This document shows, in pieces, positions 16,307 through 27,012 of a DNA stretch of 32,000 nucleotides. The notes under the pieces were generated by a model. The model saw nothing but the letters and a program-made list of their open reading frames with translations. It was not told the origin of the DNA and made no database searches. The translations under genes and the position numbers were made by a program. How positions within the stretch are numbered: position 1 is the stretch's first letter; each line of letters begins with the position of its first letter. The stretch lies in contig NC_022359.1 of assembly GCF_000354175.2 (NCBI RefSeq), forward strand, positions 780,001-812,000. The letters are read 5' to 3'. Origin of the DNA: Vibrio alginolyticus NBRC 15630 = ATCC 17749 (GTDB lineage Bacteria; Pseudomonadota; Gammaproteobacteria; Enterobacterales; Vibrionaceae).

Positions 16307-18250
16307 ATGAAGCCTCTTTTCACATACTCTCTATTTTCTACATCAGTTGTTTCTGCTTGTATTACTGTACCTATGGTCGTTGTTGCAAATGACCAGTTAC
16401 CTGAGACTGGTATCAATACAACAGCAATGGAAACCGTAGTGGTTACAGCCTCTGGTTACGAACAGAATGTCACAGAAGCGCCAGCAACAATAAGTGTTCT
16501 CACCCGAGAGCAACTTGAAAATCGCTCATATAAAGATTTGACTGATGCTTTAAGTGATATACCTGGGGTAACCGTTACAGGAGGTGGTGATGGCCAAGAT
16601 ATCTCAATTCGAGGTATGCCTGCTCAATATACGGCCATTCTTGTTGATGGCAGGAAGCAGTCTGGTCGAGAAACTCAAACTAATGGTAGTACGTTTACTG
16701 AACAAGACTGGCTTCCCCCGTTGAGTGCAATTGAACGTATTGAAGTTGTACGTGGCCCTATGTCAACCCTTTATGGGTCTGATTCTTTGGGGGGTGTGAT
16801 TAATATTATTACGCGTAAAAATTATCAAGAGTGGCACGGAAGCTTGCGTGCAGAAACGACGCTTCAAGAAAATTCAAAATCTGGAAATAGCTATCAAGGG
16901 CAGCTTTACCTTGCTGGCCCTGTCATTGATGGTCTGTTGAGTACTTCTTTGACTGGACTGTATCAGGAAAGAAAAGAAGATGAAATTGAAGGTGGTTATG
17001 CAGGTAAGACACTCGACAACTATCGAGCTTCTTTGTACCTCACACCTACCTCGGATGACACTTTTACTCTGGAGTTCACCAATCATAACCAAGAGCGAGA
17101 GACCACTCTAGGTAAATCAGTGGAGCGAGAGTCTCAAGTTGCAGTACGAGAATATGAACGCCAATCTATTGGTTTTAGCCACGACGGAAACTACTCTTGG
17201 GGTACAAGTTCTTCATTTATCAGTAATGAAACAGTAAAAAATATCGGTGCAGATAAAGAAGTCGAGAATAGTCAAATTAATACGCAATGGGGTCTGCCTC
17301 TTAATGCTCACTACTTAACACTGGGCGCATCTTTCGAGCAAAAGGATCTGACTGACAATAAACTGTCATTGACCTCTAAAAACAAGCAATGGGCAGTATT
17401 TGCTGAGGACGAGTGGTATCTCACGGATACATTCGCTCTCACCCTTGGTTTACGTTATGACGACAATGAGATCTTTGACGGGCAATTTAGCCCAAGAGCT
17501 TACGGGGTCTGGTCTATTGACCCTAGTTGGACGCTAAAAGGTGGTGTGTCTACGGGTTATCGAGCACCTAGTTTGACACAAATGGACGAAGAGTGGGTTC
17601 AAGAGAGCTGTAGAGGGCGTTGTTCTATTTACGGTAATCCAGACTTAACAGCAGAAACCTCCATCAATACAGAGATGGGACTGTATTACGTTAATGAGCG
17701 AGACCTTTCTGCAAACATTACTTTGTTTTACAGCGACTTCAAAGACAAGATCGAAAGTGAGTTTGTCGATCCGACGTGTACTGATAGCAGAAGTTGCGAC
17801 CGCACTTACGTCAACATTGATGATGCGAACAGCTATGGTGCAGAAAGTTCCGTATCTAAGGGTATTACAGAGTCAATTACACTAAGTGCAACCTACTCGT
17901 ATACTCGTAGTGAAAAGAACACTAATGACGATGATGATGGCTTGCCTCTTGTACAAGCACCTGAACATATCTTCTCACTTAATGGTGATTGGGCAGTGCG
18001 TGATGATGTTGCTTCATGGGCCCGCATGAACTATCGAGGCAAAGAGAAAAACAACATCACTAGTGATAGCACAAGAACGTTGGCACCTTCTAATACTTAC
18101 GTGGATCTCGGTGTGAACTGGCGTGTAACTAAGAATGTGAAGTTAATGGCAGCGGTTTATAACTTGTTCGATGAGCAAATCACAGAGGAAGAGTTTGGCT
18201 ACATTGAAGATGGCCGACGCTACTGGTTAGCTGCTGAAGCGACTTTCTAA
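16307..18250 (+). CDS. TonB-dependent outer-membrane receptor (CirA/IrgA-like size class, probable ferric-catecholate/siderophore receptor)
   Basis: Signal peptide MKPLFTYSLFSTSVVSACITVPMVVVA. TonB-box-like ETVVVTAS. Plug-domain motifs are IPGVTVTGGG...ISIRGM, ILVDGRK and ERIEVVRGPMSTLYGSDSLGGVINIITR. The barrel ends ...RRYWLAAEATF with a terminal Phe. I prefer the start at 16307 over the track start at 16262. Confidence 0.9.
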   Translation: MKPLFTYSLFSTSVVSACITVPMVVVANDQLPETGINTTAMETVVVTASGYEQNVTEAPATISVLTREQLENRSYKDLTDALSDIPGVTVTGGGDGQDISIRGMPAQYTAILVDGRKQSGRETQTNGSTFTEQDWLPPLSAIERIEVVRGPMSTLYGSDSLGGVINIITRKNYQEWHGSLRAETTLQENSKSGNSYQGQLYLAGPVIDGLLSTSLTGLYQERKEDEIEGGYAGKTLDNYRASLYLTPTSDDTFTLEFTNHNQERETTLGKSVERESQVAVREYERQSIGFSHDGNYSWGTSSSFISNETVKNIGADKEVENSQINTQWGLPLNAHYLTLGASFEQKDLTDNKLSLTSKNKQWAVFAEDEWYLTDTFALTLGLRYDDNEIFDGQFSPRAYGVWSIDPSWTLKGGVSTGYRAPSLTQMDEEWVQESCRGRCSIYGNPDLTAETSINTEMGLYYVNERDLSANITLFYSDFKDKIESEFVDPTCTDSRSCDRTYVNIDDANSYGAESSVSKGITESITLSATYSYTRSEKNTNDDDDGLPLVQAPEHIFSLNGDWAVRDDVASWARMNYRGKEKNNITSDSTRTLAPSNTYVDLGVNWRVTKNVKLMAAVYNLFDEQITEEEFGYIEDGRRYWLAAEATF

Positions 18251-18282
18251 TCTACTTACTTTTTTAAGCGAATAACAAAACA

Positions 18283-19161
18283 ATGAATACGAAAATTAAG
18301 TCTGCGATGACCTCTCTGCTACTTATGCCCTTTGTCTGTTTGGCTGGGGAGTTCAATGTAGAGAAGGATATCTTGTTCAAAACTGTAGGTGAAAGAGAGA
18401 TTAAACTCGATCTTTATACTCCTTCGGTTGAATCAAATACTCAGTACCCGTTATTAGTCTGGGTACATGGTGGTGCATGGAAACGTGGGAGCAAAGACGC
18501 CATCCCAGAAAAGAACCCATTATTACTTCAGTCTGTGTTGAATGAAGGTTATGCGCTAGCTTCAGTTGATTATCGTTTAAGTGGAGAAGCGATCTTTCCT
18601 CAACCAGTACAAGACATTAATGATGCACTGAACTATTTGTACGACAATGCTGAAAAGCTCGGTATTAAAGCGGACAATGTTGTGATAATGGGACGCTCTG
18701 CTGGCGGGCACCTCGCTGGCTTTATTGGTGCGACTAACTCGGCATACAACCAAGTAGATTTCTATGAGCCACCAAAGTACAAGGTCTCAGCCGTAGTAAG
18801 CTTTTTTGGCCCTACCGATTTACTTGAGTTAAGTAATAAAGGTGGCAAGAAAACCAGCAAAAAATCGTCTGTATCTCGTTTCTTAGGAGATATTCCAAAC
18901 AATATTCCAAAGCTTGCCAAGAAAGCATCAACGACGAGTTATGTGAATGAAAATACTCCACCATATATACAGTTACACGGCACCTTGGATAAGCGAGTGC
19001 CTCTATCTCAAAGTGAGATACTTAAGGCTAAGCTTGATGAGCATGGAGTTACCAACCAACTTTTCATTGAAGAAGGTGTAGGACACAGTGCACCTGTCTT
19101 TGATACCGAGAAGTACGTTACTCATGTTTTGGACTTCTTAAATAAACACTTTCCGAACTAA
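18283..19161 (+). CDS. Exported alpha/beta-fold hydrolase (esterase/lipase-type)
   Basis: Signal peptide MNTKIKSAMTSLLLMPFVCLA|G. Oxyanion-hole motif VWVHGGAWKRGS (HGGxW), nucleophile elbow GRSAGGH (GxSxG), and a C-terminal His in EGVGHSA. It starts 32 nt after the receptor stop with no intervening terminator. Confidence 0.8.
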   Translation: MNTKIKSAMTSLLLMPFVCLAGEFNVEKDILFKTVGEREIKLDLYTPSVESNTQYPLLVWVHGGAWKRGSKDAIPEKNPLLLQSVLNEGYALASVDYRLSGEAIFPQPVQDINDALNYLYDNAEKLGIKADNVVIMGRSAGGHLAGFIGATNSAYNQVDFYEPPKYKVSAVVSFFGPTDLLELSNKGGKKTSKKSSVSRFLGDIPNNIPKLAKKASTTSYVNENTPPYIQLHGTLDKRVPLSQSEILKAKLDEHGVTNQLFIEEGVGHSAPVFDTEKYVTHVLDFLNKHFPN

Positions 19162-19205
19162 CGCTCTAGTCAATATAAGGCTTAAAAGTTCAAGGGGAAA
19201 TACTG

Positions 19206-19233
19206 AGCCAACTGTGATTACAGTTGGCTTTTT
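19206..19233 (+). terminator. Intrinsic terminator after the receptor-hydrolase pair
   Basis: 10-bp stem AGCCAACTGT / ACAGTTGGCT with loop GATT, followed by TTTTT. Confidence 0.8.
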
Positions 19234-19715
19234 CATGTATCTCTATTGGGCATTTTATCATTCTGATTAATGGGAGCGGCTGGCTCATTTTCAGGCAGTG
19301 GTTGAATAAATCTATGACTACTTTAGGGTATGTATTCTAACGTACTTCTGTCCAAAAAAGTGTTTCGTTAGCTTGAATTAGAACAACAAAGCGCTCTTCA
19401 CAGAAAATGAAGGTCGTTTATCTCGTCTTAACAGCCTTTCAAGTTGTTTGAAATGAGGTATCGAGATCCGCTTCGCTCTTAGTTACGTTCAACCTTAGCT
19501 GCTACTTTTCATCAATAAATAGAGATGAGTTACCATCAAGTAGCATAGGGAAGCGAGGGAGTATTCTCTCAAATGAACATTAAACTCCTTCTTTGTAGCC
19601 TGTCACCTTCAAACTACTTCCTCTAGCGCTAACAATTAATTCAAATGTGCGCTGGTTAATGATTTTTCTGTAAGTAACACAATTGAACGTGATAGAAGTA
19701 ACAAAATGGCCTCTT

Positions 19716-19735
19716 AAAGGTAACGTTCCCGAAAA
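19716..19735 (+). promoter_or_regulatory. Candidate ScrR (LacI-type) operator, distal site upstream of scrY
   Basis: aaaggtAACGTTCCCGAAAA shares the 14-nt core AACGTTCCCGAAAA exactly with the site upstream of scrA (22510-22523). The central ACGT/CG is typical of LacI-family operators. Confidence 0.5.
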
Positions 19736-19835
19736 GTTTATATATTATCGCCCTCATTGATATAAGTAGTAGAGACGCTCTGAGTACGAGCGCTCTGAAA
19801 TTCAGGCTTTAGATGGACATTTAAAGTCACCATAA

Positions 19836-21275
<1,440 letters not shown>

Positions 21276-21303
21276 AGGGATCTAACCGACAAAGAGTAAT
21301 AAG

Positions 21304-21335
21304 AAAAGCGCCAACTGATTTCAGTTGGCGCTTTT
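21304..21335. terminator. Bidirectional intrinsic terminator between convergent scrY and scrR
   Basis: AAAAGCGCCAACTGA tt TCAGTTGGCGCTTTT is a 15-nt perfect inverted repeat with A-run and T-run flanks. Confidence 0.8.
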
Positions 21336-21338
21336 TCA

Positions 21339-22325
21339 TTAACAGGACTGACGCTCAATTGTTTTGAATGTTAGTACCATCTTACTCATTTCAAAACTTC
21401 TGTTGGCAATTCTATCTAGTAGCAGTTTCGCACCATTTTCACCCGCTTTATCAAATGCATAGTTAAATGTTGATAAGGTTGGGGTGCACACTGATGCGAG
21501 CTCATCATCACCAACTCCTAGAACTAAAACGTCTTTACCCGGTGTTAACCCGAGCTCTTGAATCGCTCTCATCGCACCGATAGCAATACGGTCTGTCGCA
21601 CAGAACAAGCCATCTAGCTTAGGGTTCTTTGTTAAGTGTTGTTTTGCCAATGAATAGCCAGAATCGATGGTAAAGTCACCACGAGCATGGAAGGCGATCT
21701 CAAAACCATGATGCTGTAGCGCTTGAACAAATCCTTCAGAGCGTTGCTTATCTACCGCGATATCGTCACCTTGCACACCAATAAAACCCATGGTTTGGCA
21801 ACCTTTTGCAACCAGTCTATTTCCCGCTTCAAACCCTACTCGTGCGTCATCATGAATGATGCTTGGAATATTAAACATGGAACCATCTTGACCGACGAGC
21901 ACAACTGGAACGGCTGAGTTTTGAATTGCTTTTACCAGTTTGGAATCGAGGTGGGTGGCGTAAAGAATGATCCCTTCAACCCGTTTTTGGTTAAAGATCT
22001 GAATGTACTCCAGTTCTTTTTCGTGGGCTTGGTGAGTGCTAGCAAGTAAGACATGTTTCCCGGCTTTTTCAAGGACATCGGTTAATCCATCGACACCTTG
22101 GGATGTGGCATGAGAGGAAACCCGAGGAACAATGACACCAACCAGATTGGTCTTTTGAGATTTTAGATCTTTAGCGACTTGGTTCGGCACATAGCCACAC
22201 TCCGCTACTGCTTGGCGGACCTTCTGTTTTGTCGCTTCTTTTACGCCATACTCATCGTTTATAACCCGTGACACTGTTGATTTTGATACGCCAGCCAGAC
22301 GGGCGACATCATGCAGACTCGCCAT
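21339..22325 (-). CDS. scrR: LacI-family repressor of the sucrose regulon
   Basis: MASLHDVARLAGVSKSTVSRVINDEYGVKEATKQKVRQAVAECGYVPNQVAKDL is the canonical LacI/GalR HTH plus hinge, followed by a periplasmic-binding-protein-like sugar domain. It is divergent from scrA. Confidence 0.9.
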   Translation of the reverse strand: MASLHDVARLAGVSKSTVSRVINDEYGVKEATKQKVRQAVAECGYVPNQVAKDLKSQKTNLVGVIVPRVSSHATSQGVDGLTDVLEKAGKHVLLASTHQAHEKELEYIQIFNQKRVEGIILYATHLDSKLVKAIQNSAVPVVLVGQDGSMFNIPSIIHDDARVGFEAGNRLVAKGCQTMGFIGVQGDDIAVDKQRSEGFVQALQHHGFEIAFHARGDFTIDSGYSLAKQHLTKNPKLDGLFCATDRIAIGAMRAIQELGLTPGKDVLVLGVGDDELASVCTPTLSTFNYAFDKAGENGAKLLLDRIANRSFEMSKMVLTFKTIERQSC

Positions 22326-22505
22326 TGTTCCTATCCATTCTGTTTTTCGTTTTTGGGATTGTTTGCAAAGAGAAGATGAAAAGCTCTTTGATAAGTAGCG
22401 ATTCTAACCTCCTATACTGCTCTTAGGGAGAGAATTTGACGATCATTCTCACATTCTCTCTGCTTTATCTTTGATCATTTGGTTTTATTGAGCAAAAATC
22501 TGTTT

Positions 22506-22523
22506 TGCAAACGTTCCCGAAAA
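22506..22523 (+). promoter_or_regulatory. Candidate ScrR operator upstream of scrA
   Basis: TGCAAACGTTCCCGAAAA lies ~40 bp upstream of the scrA ATG (22561). It shares TGCAAACGTTCCC with the proximal scrY site and AACGTTCCCGAAAA with the distal one. Confidence 0.55.
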
Positions 22524-22560
22524 TTTCGCAAGCTCAGATAATAATCCAATGGGGTATGAA

Positions 22561-24000
22561 ATGAATTATCCGGCAGTAGCAAAAGAGTTGTTAACTCTAT
22601 TAGGTGGTAAAAGCAACATCACCGCACTTGCGCATTGTGCGACACGCTTACGCCTTGCCGTTGCAGATGAGCAAAAAATAGATGAACAAGCGATTGATAA
22701 CCTTGAAGGGGTAAAAGGGCAGTTCAAAGTTGCGGGTCAGTACCAAATCATTTTTGGATCAGGCATCGTAAACCAAGTTTATGCAGAAATGGCGAAGTTG
22801 ACGGGTATGAGTGAAATGTCCACCAACGACGTTGCGTCTGCTGGCGCAGAGAAACAAAACATTGTTCAGCGCGCGGTGAAAGGGCTGTCTGATATTTTCG
22901 TCCCAATCATTCCCGCAATCGTCGCTGGTGGTTTGTTGATGGGTATCTATAACCTATTGACTGCTCAAGGCTTGTTCATTGATGGCAAATCTTTGATTGA
23001 TGCCAACCCAGGACTGACAGACTTGGCGAACATGATCAACACGTTTGCGAACGCGCCGTTTGTTTACCTGCCTATTCTGCTGGCATTTTCAGCCAGTAAG
23101 AAGTTTGGCGGTAACCCATATTTAGGGGCGGCGCTAGGTATGTTGATGGTTCACCCTGACTTGCTGAATGGTTGGGGATTCGGCGGCGCATCTGTGTCTG
23201 GCAACATTCCGGTTTGGAATATTCTTGGCTTTGAAATCCAAAAAGTGGGTTACCAAGGTTCGGTGTTACCGGTTTTGGTATCGGCATTCATTCTTGCGAA
23301 GGTTGAGCTAGGCTTACGTAAAGTCATACCTTCTGTTTTAGACAACCTTTTAACGCCATTACTGGCGATTTTCATAGCGGGTTTGCTGACGTTTACTGTC
23401 GTCGGTCCGTTCACGCGTGATATCGGTTTCCTATTGGGTGATGGTCTGAACTGGCTATACAACACTGCTGGCTTTGTTGGTGGTGCGGTATTTGGTCTTA
23501 TTTATGCTCCGTTTGTTATTACTGGTATGCATCACAGCTTCATTGCGATTGAAACTCAACTTCTTGCGGATATTGCGACGACGGGCGGCACCTTTATCTT
23601 TCCTATTGCGGCGATGTCTAACGTTTCTCAAGGAGCGGCAGCGTTGGCGGTGGGCGTGATGAGCAAAGATAAGAAGATGAAAGGTATTGCGATTCCATCG
23701 GGTGTTACGGGTTTGCTGGGTATTACAGAGCCAGCCATGTTTGGTGTTAATCTAAAACTACGTTACCCATTTATTGCGGCAGTTTGCGCTGCGGCGTTAT
23801 CAAGTGCGTTCATCACAATGTTTAATGTGAAAGCTCAGGCATTGGGCGCAGCTGGTCTTCCAGGCATCATTTCCATTACGCCAGAGAAGATTGGGTACTA
23901 CATCGCGGGTATGGTGATCGCGTTCTTGACCGCATTTGTTCTCACCATTGTTCTTGGTATGCGTGACCGCGCTAAAGTCGGTAGAAAAGCAGCGGCTTAA
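22561..24000 (+). CDS. scrA: PTS sucrose-specific enzyme IIBC component
   Basis: The N-terminal EIIB domain has the phospho-cysteine motif ITALAHCATRLRL. A multi-TM EIIC domain follows (GITEPAMFGVNL). There is no EIIA domain, so as with enteric ScrA it presumably uses EIIA-Glc (Crr). I prefer the start MNYPAVAKELL at 22561. Confidence 0.9.
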   Translation: MNYPAVAKELLTLLGGKSNITALAHCATRLRLAVADEQKIDEQAIDNLEGVKGQFKVAGQYQIIFGSGIVNQVYAEMAKLTGMSEMSTNDVASAGAEKQNIVQRAVKGLSDIFVPIIPAIVAGGLLMGIYNLLTAQGLFIDGKSLIDANPGLTDLANMINTFANAPFVYLPILLAFSASKKFGGNPYLGAALGMLMVHPDLLNGWGFGGASVSGNIPVWNILGFEIQKVGYQGSVLPVLVSAFILAKVELGLRKVIPSVLDNLLTPLLAIFIAGLLTFTVVGPFTRDIGFLLGDGLNWLYNTAGFVGGAVFGLIYAPFVITGMHHSFIAIETQLLADIATTGGTFIFPIAAMSNVSQGAAALAVGVMSKDKKMKGIAIPSGVTGLLGITEPAMFGVNLKLRYPFIAAVCAAALSSAFITMFNVKAQALGAAGLPGIISITPEKIGYYIAGMVIAFLTAFVLTIVLGMRDRAKVGRKAAA

Positions 24001-24060
24001 TCTGAACTCCTTAAGGGTGGAGTCCCCCAAAATCCACTTCTTTTCCTAAATGTTTGGGGT

Positions 24061-24095
24061 GCTAGCCAAGCACTAATGGCTTGGCTAGCCTTTTT
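24061..24095 (+). terminator. Strong hairpin plus T5 between scrA and scrK (intra-cluster terminator or attenuator)
   Basis: Perfect 11-bp stem GCTAGCCAAGC / GCTTGGCTAGC with loop ACTAATG, then CTTTTT. It lies 61 nt after the scrA stop and 70 nt before the scrK ATG. Confidence 0.7.
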
Positions 24096-24165
24096 CAATT
24101 TTTACTTGGTAGTGAAGGTGTTCAACACGTTGGACTATCAGGGCTTTAATTTCAAGGTAAGCAAG

Positions 24166-25089
24166 ATGAATCAAGTGTGGGTAACTGGTGATGCTGTTGT
24201 CGATCTAATACCGGAATCTGAGACTTCTTTACTCAAATGTCCCGGTGGTGCACCAGCGAATGTCGCCGTAGCAATTGCTCGTCTATCTGGTAAGAGTGCG
24301 TTTTTTGGACGTGTAGGTGATGACCCATTTGGTCGCTTCATGCAATCAACGCTCGATCAAGAGGGCGTGAGCACGGAGTTTCTCGTTAAAGATCCTGAGC
24401 AAAGAACATCAACAGTGGTGGTGGATTTAGACGAGCAAGGTGAGCGCAGCTTTACGTTTATGGTAAAACCGAGCGCTGATCAGTTTATGTCTGTTGAAGA
24501 CATCCCAAACTTTAAGCAAGGTGACTGGCTACACGTTTGCTCAATTTCACTGGCAAATGAGCCAAGTAGAAGCAGCACATTTGAGGCGATCAAAAGAGCA
24601 AAAGCCGCTGGTGGTTTCATTAGCTTTGACCCTAACTTGCGTGATGAAGTGTGGCAAGATCAATCAGAAATCCAAGCTGTCGTGATGAAGGCTGTAGCGA
24701 TGGCCGATGTGGTTAAGTTCTCTGAAGAAGAGCTTTTGTTCTTGACTGACTCAACGTCGATGGCGCAAGGTTTACAACAAATAGCCTCTTTGAATATTGC
24801 TTTGGTCTTGGTGACACAAGGTGCGAAAGGTGTTTGGCGCGTCTTTGAAAGTCAGAGTGAACTGATCACAGGTCAAGTCGTTAGTCCGATTGACACCACA
24901 GGTGCGGGTGATGCTTTTGTCGGAGGGCTACTGGCATGCCTGTCTCGGCATGACGATTGGAAAAATCATCCTGTTGTTAGCTCTGCGATTCAATGGGCAA
25001 ATGGCTGTGGTGCATTAGCGACGACGCAAAAAGGCGCAATGACCGCGCTTCCGACCCAGACAGAGTTGCTGCAATTTATTGGGCAATGA
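24166..25089 (+). CDS. scrK: Fructokinase (PfkB/ribokinase family)
   Basis: MNQVWVTGDAVVDLIPE..., GGAPANVAVAIARLSG, and the C-terminal DTTGAGDAFVGGLL with GCGALATTQKGA are PfkB signatures. An AAGGTAAG SD lies upstream of the ATG at 24166. The track start at 24076 runs through the terminator hairpin and is unlikely. Confidence 0.9.
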   Translation: MNQVWVTGDAVVDLIPESETSLLKCPGGAPANVAVAIARLSGKSAFFGRVGDDPFGRFMQSTLDQEGVSTEFLVKDPEQRTSTVVVDLDEQGERSFTFMVKPSADQFMSVEDIPNFKQGDWLHVCSISLANEPSRSSTFEAIKRAKAAGGFISFDPNLRDEVWQDQSEIQAVVMKAVAMADVVKFSEEELLFLTDSTSMAQGLQQIASLNIALVLVTQGAKGVWRVFESQSELITGQVVSPIDTTGAGDAFVGGLLACLSRHDDWKNHPVVSSAIQWANGCGALATTQKGAMTALPTQTELLQFIGQ

Positions 25090-25120
25090 TCTTCAGATCC
25101 AATTTCAGTTGAGAAAAATT

Positions 25121-26575
25121 ATGAGCTTAAACAACCGTTGGACTGTAGAGCAAAGATATCGTCGACTTGAGCAAATCCCTCAGTGTGATATCGAAGAAAT
25201 GACACTTTCACGTCAGCAAGATAAAGGCTTTCCTAGTTTTCATATCGCCCCTAGATTTGGGCTGTTAAATGACCCAAATGGGTTGTGCTATTTCAATGGT
25301 GAGCACCACATCTTTTACCAGTGGACGCCTGTGGGACCAGTCCATGGAATGAAGTATTGGTACCACCTTTCTACTAAAGACTTCATCCATTTTAAAGATC
25401 ATGGCGTGGGTCTTCATCCTGACCAAGACTACGATTCACATGGTGTCTATTCGGGCGGTGCTTTGGTGGAAAACAACAAGGCTTTGCTGTTTTTTACTGG
25501 TAATAAGCGTGACCAAAACTGGAATCGAATTCCAACACAGTGCTTTGCCACCATGGATTCAGATGGCAACATTGAAAAGCATGGTGTGGTCATTGAGAAC
25601 GAACATTACACGGAGCACTTTCGTGATCCAAAAGTTTGGAAGAAAGGCGACGACTATTTGATGGTGGTGGGTGCTCAAACCAAAACCGAGCATGGTTCAA
25701 TGGCGCTCTATCAAAGCAAAGATTTGAAAACGTGGCAGCATAAAGGTCCTATCAAGACCAAGTTTTCTGACCTTGGGTACATGTTGGAGTGTCCTGATTT
25801 CTTTGAGATTAATGGTCAATCGGTGATGCTGTTTTCTCCACAGGGCGTGAGCAGTAATAATCCTTATGATTTCAAAAACATCTATTCTGTTGCGTATATC
25901 GTGGGTGATCAGTTGAACCTAGAGTCGATGATTTTAGAAAACCACCAAGATATTTTGCAGCCAGATTATGGGTTTGATTTCTACGCCCCACAAACCTATT
26001 TAGATGAGAATGGGCGTCGCATTCTTATTGCATGGATAGGGTTGCCAGAAATCGACACACCATCGGTCACACACCAGTGGGCAGGAATGTTGTCTCTTCC
26101 TAGAGAACTAACGTTGAAAGATGGTTTTCTTGTTCAAGCTCCGCTCCCTGAGCTGAAGAGTTTAAGAAAAGAAGAGGTGGTCTTTGCACAATCCCATACA
26201 CTGGAAAGCACAAGTTGTTTGATCCAATTAGACCTTGAGGGCGATGGCTTTGAACTTGAGCTGAGTAACCTCAAAGGTGACAACATCGTCTTTAGTGCGA
26301 CAGAGCACGAGTTTATGCTGGACCGTCGTCACATGTCTCATTTGTACGCAGAAGAATTTGGTGGTATTCGAAAAGCACCAAGATTGGACGCTAAGCAGAC
26401 GATTGAGATGTATATCGACAATTCTGTCATCGAGATTTTCATTAATGGCGGCAAACACACGATGACCAGTCGTTTCTTTATTGATGACCTCAATACGGTA
26501 ACGTTGAGAGGGTTGGAGCAAGCAAGGCTTTTCCCTTTGAAAGGTATTTCTGGTTTGTTTGAATCAGCTAAGTAA
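25121..26575 (+). CDS. scrB: Sucrose-6-phosphate hydrolase (GH32 beta-fructofuranosidase)
   Basis: GH32 catalytic motifs are present: GLLNDPNGL (NDPNG), FRDPKVW (RDP) and MLECPDFF (EC). I prefer the start MSLNNRW at 25121. Confidence 0.9.
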   Translation: MSLNNRWTVEQRYRRLEQIPQCDIEEMTLSRQQDKGFPSFHIAPRFGLLNDPNGLCYFNGEHHIFYQWTPVGPVHGMKYWYHLSTKDFIHFKDHGVGLHPDQDYDSHGVYSGGALVENNKALLFFTGNKRDQNWNRIPTQCFATMDSDGNIEKHGVVIENEHYTEHFRDPKVWKKGDDYLMVVGAQTKTEHGSMALYQSKDLKTWQHKGPIKTKFSDLGYMLECPDFFEINGQSVMLFSPQGVSSNNPYDFKNIYSVAYIVGDQLNLESMILENHQDILQPDYGFDFYAPQTYLDENGRRILIAWIGLPEIDTPSVTHQWAGMLSLPRELTLKDGFLVQAPLPELKSLRKEEVVFAQSHTLESTSCLIQLDLEGDGFELELSNLKGDNIVFSATEHEFMLDRRHMSHLYAEEFGGIRKAPRLDAKQTIEMYIDNSVIEIFINGGKHTMTSRFFIDDLNTVTLRGLEQARLFPLKGISGLFESAK

Positions 26576-26591
26576 CGGTTTCGAATACATT

Positions 26592-26630
26592 AAAACGCCC
26601 TTCATTGATTTAGTGAAGGGCGTTTTTCTT
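26592..26630 (+). terminator. Intrinsic terminator after scrB
   Basis: 13-bp perfect stem AAAACGCCCTTCA / TGAAGGGCGTTTT followed by a T-run. Confidence 0.8.
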
Positions 26631-27012
26631 TCTAACTATCTAACTTAACTGCCTATCACGCACGTAAGTTGTTTGAACTAAGGTATCCAGAACAACTTCA
26701 TTCTTGGTGACTTTGAAGTTTAGCGGTTGTTCTAAATCCCCAAATAGTGGCGCGCCGCCGAGTGTCGCTTACTCATCGCTGGCATCTCGAACCTAGTTCA
26801 CATTATCGCGACGTTTTTACTTATAGCGTGAAAGAAAATCCCATAACCAAAGGTTCTAACTAAAAGAGATTGCAGGACTTTTATTTAGCGAATTCGACCT
26901 AATATCTTGAGTATGCCTAATCGCAGTTGGCGAAGAGGTGATGTTAATAATGCTTGCTGGCGCGTAAGACCCGTCAGTTTGAAGATGCATTCAAACACAA
27001 TAAGGGAAAACA

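Noticed and set aside
19677-19693. CRP-like sequence ACACAattgaaCGTGAT upstream of scrY
   Set aside because: The half-sites are in the wrong order and orientation (CACA-N6-GTGA instead of TGTGA-N6-TCACA), so this is not a CRP box. The candidate TTTGA...TCACA near 22436-22455 upstream of scrA has the wrong spacing.
22358-22372. TTGTTTGCAAAGA near the scrR start, a possible autoregulatory operator
   Set aside because: It contains the TTTGCAAA palindrome but lacks the central ACGT/CG core shared by the three stronger sites, so the support is insufficient.
26650-26775. Minus-strand open frame ...ATLGGAPLFGDLEQPLNFKVTKNEVVLDTLVQTTYVRDRQLS* between scrB and yghU
   Set aside because: It is only ~43 codons with no start codon and is bounded upstream by stops. 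It could be the tail of a decayed gene, but a frame of this length is expected by chance and I recognise no family.
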